Shown piece after piece: positions 57,664 to 64,000 of a DNA stretch of 64,000 nt. Each line of letters opens with the position of its first letter. Position 1 is the stretch's first letter. A program made the position numbers and the translations under genes. Where the stretch lies: sequence record SRR2962707_2232. One strand, 5' to 3'. The notes under the pieces are model-generated. The model was not told where the DNA came from, did no database searches, and saw nothing but the letters and a program-made list of their open reading frames with translations.

Positions 57664-58620
57664 ATGGACCACTTAATGATCCGCTATACACTGCGTCAGT
57701 TGGAATATTTTGTGGCCGTTGGCGCAGCTGGCAGCATTACGCTGGCCGCGGCTAAGGTGAATGTTTCGTCGCCTTCAATTTCGGCGGCGATTGCGCAATT
57801 GGAAGCTGAGTTTGGCACGCCCCTATTTGTGCGCCAACATGCACAGGGTCTGTCTCTGACCCAAACAGGGCGCGTCTTGTATGAGCAGGCGCAAATAGTG
57901 CTGCATGAAGCAAACAGGCTGGTTGATCTAGCTGGCGATGTATCGGGTGACGTACGCGGCCCATTATCTGTTGGCTGCATGGTGTCGTTCGCACAGGTTG
58001 TTTTACCCGCTTTGCGTAAAGGGTTTGTCGAACAATATCCTGACGTGCGCATTTCTCAGCGTGAACAGGATGCAACTGATTTAGTCAGTTCTTTGCGCCG
58101 CGCTGAAATTGATATTGCGTTGTCCTATGATTTGCTGGTTCCAGACGATCTAAAATTCTTACCCTTGCTCAATTTGCCACCGTTTGTGCTGATCAGCAGT
58201 TTGCATCCGCTTGCCACACGCACGGAAATTTCAATTGAAGAACTGCGCGATGAGGATTTGATCCTGTTGGACCTACCGCAAAGTGCAGATTACTTCCTGT
58301 CATTTTTCAGTGGTAATGGGGTTAAGCCGCGCATTGTTGAGCGATCTCGAGATCTGGCTGTTGTGCGCAGTCTGGTTGCCAATGGATTTGGTTATTCGAT
58401 AGCCAATATGCGTCCATTGAACGGGCTATCGCCGGACGGTAATCCGCTCAGCTTTATTCCGCTTTCTGGTGATTTGCGGCCGATGAAAATGGGCTTGTTA
58501 ATGCCAAAGAGTGCTGAAACCAGAAATGTTGTGAAAAGTTTCGTAGAATTTGCGCAGCACTGGGTCCAAAACGGTCAATTGCCGAAGTCAGTTGGTGGCC
58601 CTGACGCTTCACCTCATTAA
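57664..58620 (+). CDS. LysR-family regulator (HinK-like by context)
   Basis: RYTLRQLEYFVAV..GSITLAA..VNVSSPSISAAIAQLE HTH; LILLDLP.S.DYF; alternative start 57676. Confidence 0.88.
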   Translation: MDHLMIRYTLRQLEYFVAVGAAGSITLAAAKVNVSSPSISAAIAQLEAEFGTPLFVRQHAQGLSLTQTGRVLYEQAQIVLHEANRLVDLAGDVSGDVRGPLSVGCMVSFAQVVLPALRKGFVEQYPDVRISQREQDATDLVSSLRRAEIDIALSYDLLVPDDLKFLPLLNLPPFVLISSLHPLATRTEISIEELRDEDLILLDLPQSADYFLSFFSGNGVKPRIVERSRDLAVVRSLVANGFGYSIANMRPLNGLSPDGNPLSFIPLSGDLRPMKMGLLMPKSAETRNVVKSFVEFAQHWVQNGQLPKSVGGPDASPH

Positions 58621-58636
58621 TTCTCCAAGGCGTGAA

Positions 58637-59779
58637 ATGAAAACAGTAGAAATTCTTGAGAGATTGGTTGCGTTTGACACGACCAGCGCCAAGTCAAATC
58701 TCGCGCTTATCGACTTTGTTGATGCATTTTTGCGCGAACGTGGTTTTAGCATTCACCGCGTGATGGCGCCTTGCGGACAAAAGGCTGGGCTTTATTGCTC
58801 TTATGGTCCCGATGGTGCGGGCATTATGCTGTCCGCCCATACTGATGTTGTGCCTGTCACGGGTCAAAATTGGTCGCGTCCCCCATTTGAATTAACGCGT
58901 GAAGATGCTCGATTATACGGGCGCGGTACGACAGATATGAAGGGATATCTGGCCGCTATGCTAAGCGCCGCTGACCGTGTAACGAAGCTAGATTTGCGCG
59001 AACCTTTGAAACTAGCGGTTTCCTATGACGAAGAAGTTGGCTGTATCGGCATTCAGCATATGATTGACCAAGTTGAGCACACGATTGGGTTGCCGCGCGC
59101 TTGTTTTGTGGGTGAGCCGACATCAATGCAAGTTGCAACGGGGCATAAGGGCAAGGCTGTGATGCGCGCTATCTGCCATGGAACAAGTGGCCATTCCGCG
59201 CTCGCGCCGCTCTTTACCAATGCTTTGCACCTTGCGACCGATTTCGTTGCGGCTTTGCGTCAGATACAGGCAGACTTAGCGGGCGGCCATTTGCAGGATG
59301 AAGCTTATAGAATTCCCTATAGCACCATCCATGTTGGCCAAATGAGCGGCGGCGAAGCACTTAATATTGTGCCAGATCATGCAGAGGTTTTGTTTGAATT
59401 TCGCCACTTGGCCGAAGATCGTCGTGAAGATTTGCAACGTATAATCGAAGATGCTGCAGCATCGGTTGTCAGCCGCTATACGCACGATGACCCGAGCGCG
59501 GCCATAACTTTAAAACTTGAAAATGCTTATCCTGGGCTGAATGTTGATCCAAATAGCGATTTTGTGAGTTTTGCGAAAAACATCGCCCAAAGTAATCATA
59601 CGACAAAGGTTGCGTTTGGTACCGAGGCTGGTTTTTTTGATGCTTTGGGCATTCCCACAGTTGTTTGCGGACCTGGCTCCATGGAAGGGCAGGGACACAA
59701 AGCAGACGAATTTATTGAGGAGAGCGAATTGCTCGCCTGCGATAAAATGCTGGACCGGTTGCTCGCGAGCATGTGCTAG
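58637..59779 (+). CDS. M20 family ArgE-like deacylase (HinG-like by context)
   Basis: SAHTDVVP, GRGTTDMKG, YDEEVG, VGEPT, GHKADE. ATG 58637. Confidence 0.85.
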   Translation: MKTVEILERLVAFDTTSAKSNLALIDFVDAFLRERGFSIHRVMAPCGQKAGLYCSYGPDGAGIMLSAHTDVVPVTGQNWSRPPFELTREDARLYGRGTTDMKGYLAAMLSAADRVTKLDLREPLKLAVSYDEEVGCIGIQHMIDQVEHTIGLPRACFVGEPTSMQVATGHKGKAVMRAICHGTSGHSALAPLFTNALHLATDFVAALRQIQADLAGGHLQDEAYRIPYSTIHVGQMSGGEALNIVPDHAEVLFEFRHLAEDRREDLQRIIEDAAASVVSRYTHDDPSAAITLKLENAYPGLNVDPNSDFVSFAKNIAQSNHTTKVAFGTEAGFFDALGIPTVVCGPGSMEGQGHKADEFIEESELLACDKMLDRLLASMC

Positions 59780-59787
59780 TAATTATT

Positions 59788-60726
59788 TTAAGGCGCATCA
59801 TGACGTGCGCGGACAGATGACAAAATGGACGAAACGTCGCTAGCAAGCAAATCTGCAACCTTTGTTGCAATGCGAGGTAGGGCACGGCGTGAGCTGATAG
59901 CCAGCGTAATATTTTGCGGCATGATATTTTGGCCGACGACGGCGATGCCAACGAGCCTGCCATCCATTAATTCTTGCGCGGCATCGAGTTCCGAAGTCAG
60001 CGCAACATGACTGCCAGAGACAACCAGTTGCTTTAGAAGTTGCAGCGAGTTGGTAACCACTGGTGCGCGGTTTTCCGAAAACATCCAAGCATGGCGTGCT
60101 TCCAGCATACGCCTGATCGCAAGCGCCGGACTTTGCACGGCGGTCGCATAGTCGCGCACGTCTGACAATCGAACTTCCTTGAGCGCAGCCAATGGATGAT
60201 CTGGTGCCGCAATGCAGAACAATGGAAGCTCTTCGGTCCAAATTATATAAATATCTTTTTGTGGGCGAAGATTAAACGAAAGCGCTAAATCTGCCTCTCC
60301 TGCATCGAGCGCTAATAACGCATCGTCCGGCGTCGCGATTTCAACATCAATACGCACTTTTGGATAGATTTCAGCAACATCGTGAAGAAATCGCGGCAAG
60401 ACGCTGTTTACAAGGCTGTCCATAGTAACCAAGCGAATGTGCCCAAAACTCACACCCTGCATCTGCTTTACATCAGACCATATTCTATCTTCGTCCGCTT
60501 TCCACCGCCGTGCGAGAACGACGAACATTTCACCAACAGGTGAAATGCTCATGCCTGTTGTTGTTCTGTCGAAAAGCTGCACGCCGAGGCGATCTTCCAG
60601 CAATTTGATCTGACGATCAATGGCCGAAGCAGCTATGCCAATTGCGCGTGATGCCGCTTGAATTGAGCCATGCTCGGCGACAGCTTCCACATATTGTAGT
60701 GCCCTTGGGACGAGATGTAGCGCCAT
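59788..60726 (-). CDS. LysR-family regulator
   Basis: HGSIQAASRAIGIAASAIDRQIKLLEDRLGVQLFDR HTH; divergent from the uraD-TRAP unit. Confidence 0.9.
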   Translation of the reverse strand: MALHLVPRALQYVEAVAEHGSIQAASRAIGIAASAIDRQIKLLEDRLGVQLFDRTTTGMSISPVGEMFVVLARRWKADEDRIWSDVKQMQGVSFGHIRLVTMDSLVNSVLPRFLHDVAEIYPKVRIDVEIATPDDALLALDAGEADLALSFNLRPQKDIYIIWTEELPLFCIAAPDHPLAALKEVRLSDVRDYATAVQSPALAIRRMLEARHAWMFSENRAPVVTNSLQLLKQLVVSGSHVALTSELDAAQELMDGRLVGIAVVGQNIMPQNITLAISSRRALPRIATKVADLLASDVSSILSSVRARHDAP

Positions 60727-60832
60727 GAGTATCCATTCTAATAATTAGTACGGATAGTTGTCGATAATGTCATGGATTGCAATGCAAAAAGAGTGAAGGA
60801 TCAAATCAAGAGAAAAGCAAACAGAGCAAAAA

Positions 60833-61390
60833 TTGTCCTACACAGTTGAAAATTTAAACGCTGCAACACGCAAACAGGCAATTGAGATGATGGAACCTCT
60901 TGTCGAAGGTGCGTTGTGGGTTTCAGCCGCAGCGGTTGATCACCGCCCATTTTTGGAAGCATCTGCGATTGCTGATGCGCTCGTTGAAACAATCTTGGCG
61001 GCTGATGAAGGTGCGCAAGTTAAAATGTTTAGCGCTCACCCTGAACTTGCTGGGCGTGAAGCCATTGAAGGCCGAATGACGCAAGCTTCTACCAGCGAAC
61101 AATCGCGGCTGGGTTTACTTTCATTGACGTCTGCTGACGCCAATCGGTTTCGTGATCTTAACAAGGCCTATCAACATCGATTTGGGCACCCATTCATCAT
61201 TGCGCTTCATGGCGTTCCAGATCTCGGCACACTGTTTGAAATATTTGAACGCCGCTTGGCCTCAACCCAAGAGGAAGAGCACGCATCGACACTGACAGAA
61301 ATCGCCTCCGTTATTCGTTCACGTGTGGATCGGACATTTGGATCCCACAAGAATAGTCAACTTGATATTTCCCCCCAAAACCAGGAGTAA
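60833..61390 (+). CDS. uraD: OHCU decarboxylase family protein
   Basis: AHPELAG, STSEQSRLGL, LNKAYQHRFGHPFII, FERRL..EIA. TTG start. Confidence 0.75.
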   Translation: MSYTVENLNAATRKQAIEMMEPLVEGALWVSAAAVDHRPFLEASAIADALVETILAADEGAQVKMFSAHPELAGREAIEGRMTQASTSEQSRLGLLSLTSADANRFRDLNKAYQHRFGHPFIIALHGVPDLGTLFEIFERRLASTQEEEHASTLTEIASVIRSRVDRTFGSHKNSQLDISPQNQE

Positions 61391-61396
61391 ACTAAT

Positions 61397-62392
61397 ATGA
61401 AATCACTCATCAAACTTTTGACCTCTACCGCCGTCACATTGACTCTGCTTAGCGCTGCCAACGCAGCAGAAACGATCCGTGTGGCGGGCAATTTCGCCAC
61501 TGAACATTCATCTTCACTTGCAATGAAAAAATTTGAGGAAGAATTAGAACGCCTTTCAAATGGTGAAATCGACGTAAACATATTCCCTGCACAGCAACTT
61601 GGTGGCGCGGCTGAAAATGTGCAGGCTGTTAAAATTGGTGCAATTGAACTGATGTGGGTCGGCACCGCCTATTTGACACGCACCGTGCCCGGCTTGGAAA
61701 TTGTGGGCCTTCCATTCCAGTTTGAAAGCCGCGAACAGGCATTTTCCATCGTCGATGGCCCTGTTGGTGTTGCGCTTGATTCAAAGCTTGCTGATGAGGG
61801 CATCACATCTATGGGCTATATGGAACTCGGGTTTCGCCAATTGACCAACAATGTGCGCCCCATCGAAAAAGTTGAAGACATCGAAGGTTTGAAAATTCGA
61901 TTGCAACCAAACGAAACACACCTTGCGACTTTCCGCGCATTGGGTGCGAACCCAGTGGCAATGGATGTGAAGGAATTATACTCGGCGCTTGAGCAGGGTG
62001 TGATCGATGGACAAGAAAATCCGTTCGCGATTATTAATGTTGCAGGTTACGCTGAGGTGCAGAAGTATCTTTCTAACACTGGCCATTTCTTCGATTTCAT
62101 CTCTGTTGTTGGAAACAAAAAATGGTTTGATGGATTAGATGCCGATACACAAGCAATGGTCAAAGAAGCCATGACAACCGCCATTGCCTACCAGCGGGAA
62201 TTGGCAAAGGAACAAGATGCTGCAGGCTTAGACACACTGATTGGAAAGGGCATGAGCTATACTGAAGTATCGCCAGAGCTAGCGACCGCGCTACGCGAAA
62301 AAACAGCTGGAGTTGCTGCTGACACAAAATCTAGGATCGACCCAGAACTTGTTAAACTGCTGGATGGCGAACTCGCCAAGCTTAGCAACTAA
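61397..62392 (+). CDS. dctP: TRAP transporter substrate-binding protein
   Basis: Signal peptide, FPAQQLG, GFRQLTNN.RPI, GLKIR, ELYSALEQGVIDGQENP. Confidence 0.9.
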   Translation: MKSLIKLLTSTAVTLTLLSAANAAETIRVAGNFATEHSSSLAMKKFEEELERLSNGEIDVNIFPAQQLGGAAENVQAVKIGAIELMWVGTAYLTRTVPGLEIVGLPFQFESREQAFSIVDGPVGVALDSKLADEGITSMGYMELGFRQLTNNVRPIEKVEDIEGLKIRLQPNETHLATFRALGANPVAMDVKELYSALEQGVIDGQENPFAIINVAGYAEVQKYLSNTGHFFDFISVVGNKKWFDGLDADTQAMVKEAMTTAIAYQRELAKEQDAAGLDTLIGKGMSYTEVSPELATALREKTAGVAADTKSRIDPELVKLLDGELAKLSN

Positions 62393-62395
62393 CCG

Positions 62396-62881
62396 ATGTG
62401 GCTCGACCGCTCATTGACTTCACTTCTTGCGCGTGCCGATTTCGGCGCGCGCATGATGGTCATCACATTTGCCGCGGCAATGGTTGTCGTGGTCTCATCC
62501 CAAGTCTTCATGCGCTATGTGCTCAATGGATCATTTGATTGGGCTGATGAAGTGAGCCGCCTAGCATTTGTTTGGACGATCTTCCTTGCAATACCGCTTG
62601 GCATTCGCGACGGGACCCATGTTGGTATTGACCTATTCGTCCAGCGGGTGCCCGAAAACCTGCGTTCGCCAATAGCGCGATTGATGAATCTGCTGGCTGC
62701 GGCAATGATATTGGTTGTCTTCTGGACCTGTTTAACGGTCGCTATAGCAACATGGTCCGAGCGTTTGGGTTCGATTAACATAACTTCAAGCGTTTTCTTC
62801 TTTCCGCTGATAATCGGCTCATTACATTCGGCACTTCACCTAATTCAACTTGGCCTATTTCCGTCAGGACAAAGCAAATGA
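62396..62881 (+). CDS. dctQ: TRAP transporter small permease
   Basis: QVFMRYVLN, WADEVSR..FVWTIFL, HVGIDL. Confidence 0.88.
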   Translation: MWLDRSLTSLLARADFGARMMVITFAAAMVVVVSSQVFMRYVLNGSFDWADEVSRLAFVWTIFLAIPLGIRDGTHVGIDLFVQRVPENLRSPIARLMNLLAAAMILVVFWTCLTVAIATWSERLGSINITSSVFFFPLIIGSLHSALHLIQLGLFPSGQSK

Positions 62882-64000
62882 GCCTCCTTGTTATTCTAAT
62901 TTTTTTGGTGCTTGCGTTTTTGGGTATGCCTTTGGCCTTTTCATTGGGCGTGTCCGCAGTTGCGGGACTTTTGTTCGCCGGTTTTGATCTGAATGTGATG
63001 GCCCCGCGCTTATTAAATGCGGTTAATTCGTTCCCACTTATGTCAATTCCGCTTTTCATGATTGCGGGTGAGTTGATGTTGAAAGGCGGAATAATGGACC
63101 GCATAATCGACTTCGCAAACGCTTTTATTGGCCGGGTTAGAGGTGGGTTGGCACAAGTCACGATTATTGCTGGCGCAGGGCTTGCTTCAGTATCGGGCGC
63201 AGCGGTGGCTGATGCTTCTGCCTTGTCCTCCACGCTGGTTCCATCTCTTCGCAAGCAATATGGCCTTGGGTTTTCTACCGGCATTGTGGCCGCGGCCGCT
63301 AATCTTGGACCGATTATTCCGCCGTCGGGCGCGATGATTGTCTACGCATTTATGGCGGGATCCACTGTTTCAGTTGGTGGGCTGTTTATGTCCGGCGTTA
63401 TTCCAGGCCTGATCCTGTTTTTAACCTTTATGGCGCTTTGCTGGTTCATCGCTTGGAAGCGTGATTACCCGCTCGCCGGTGAGCCGATTTCAATCTCAAA
63501 TATTTTGCGCGAAACTAAACGAAGCCTCGTTGTTTTCATGATGCCGGTGATCGTTATTGGGGGCATTGTAGCTGGTGTTTTTACACCAACTGAAGGGGCT
63601 GCAGTGGGCGTATGCTACGCGCTTTTTCTTGGTTTCTTCGTTACAAAGAAGCTTAAAGTTAAGGACCTACCGCATGTTCTTCTAGACGCGGCAAAGACAT
63701 CTGCTCTGGTCGGCGCAATGATCGCGTTTGCCTCTACAATCACATTCCTTTTTACAATCGACCTTTTGCCCATGAAGTTGGCAGGTCTCATGCAAGGTTT
63801 GACCACAAGCCCATTTCTATTTTTGTGCTTAGTTGCTGTCATGCTTTTGGTGGTTGGAATGTTCTTGGAATCCAACGCTGCCTACATCATGCTTGTCCCG
63901 CTTTTCCATCCAATCGCGGTCCAATTTGGCATTGATCCGCTTCATTTCGGTTTCCTATTTGTCCTTAACCTTGTCATAGGCATGCTTACGCCGCCTGTTG
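62878..64000 (+). CDS. dctM: TRAP transporter large permease; continues beyond the window end
   Basis: Missing from the ORF track because it is truncated. From ATG 62878: MSLLVILIFLVLAFLGMPLAFSLG...SFPLMSIPLFMIAGELM...SGAAVADA...GPIIPPS...FTPTEGA...GIDPLHFG...GMLTPP. Confidence 0.9.
   Translation, partial: MSLLVILIFLVLAFLGMPLAFSLGVSAVAGLLFAGFDLNVMAPRLLNAVNSFPLMSIPLFMIAGELMLKGGIMDRIIDFANAFIGRVRGGLAQVTIIAGAGLASVSGAAVADASALSSTLVPSLRKQYGLGFSTGIVAAAANLGPIIPPSGAMIVYAFMAGSTVSVGGLFMSGVIPGLILFLTFMALCWFIAWKRDYPLAGEPISISNILRETKRSLVVFMMPVIVIGGIVAGVFTPTEGAAVGVCYALFLGFFVTKKLKVKDLPHVLLDAAKTSALVGAMIAFASTITFLFTIDLLPMKLAGLMQGLTTSPFLFLCLVAVMLLVVGMFLESNAAYIMLVPLFHPIAVQFGIDPLHFGFLFVLNLVIGMLTPPV

Noticed and set aside
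58637-59779. argE of arginine biosynthesis
   Set aside because: It is embedded in a catabolic operon with RidA, DUF1028 and ALDH and no arg genes, so no symbol was assigned.
1-64000. tRNA, rRNA, CRISPR arrays, IS elements, prophage genes and frameshifted pseudogenes
   Set aside because: None recognised by eye; all major ORFs look full-length. Small RNAs in the 1.5-2.1 kb and 18.4-18.55 kb intergenic regions cannot be excluded without a covariance-model search.

Overview
This 64 kb window is gene-dense, about 50% GC by eye, and looks like an alphaproteobacterial chromosome. I found no rRNA, tRNA, CRISPR array, transposase or integrase. In order it holds: the 5' end of pccB; a tandem winged-helix protein; a ytfQRT-yjfF galactofuranose-type ABC transporter with a FadR regulator; a divergent polyhydroxyalkanoate locus (7.5-18.4 kb); a BMP-type nucleoside ABC operon with an amidase and a CodA-like deaminase; a GMC/acyl-CoA ligase/ALDH/TetR operon; a Vat/CatB-type acetyltransferase with a structured uORF leader; tamAB; zntB; an SDR/TetR pair; a 5'-nucleotidase; DUF2254, Zn-ribbon and HPF genes; a probable histamine catabolic cluster (45.6-59.8 kb); and a LysR/uraD/TRAP unit that runs off the end. 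The main candidate for a new system is the PHA locus. It has no phaA/phaB. One apparent operon instead links a ThDP enzyme resembling cyanobacterial 2-oxoglutarate decarboxylase, a BlcB/AttL-type omega-hydroxyacid dehydrogenase, class III phaE-phaC and a Pct/YdiF-type CoA transferase. The opposite arm carries phasin, phaR, a PhaZc-like oligomer hydrolase and succinate-semialdehyde dehydrogenase. This reads as a natural 2-oxoglutarate -> succinic semialdehyde -> 4-hydroxybutyrate -> 4HB-CoA -> poly(4HB) storage and recycling cycle. The pathway is inferred, not demonstrated. All family assignments come from recognising motifs and recalling reference sequences; no searches were run.
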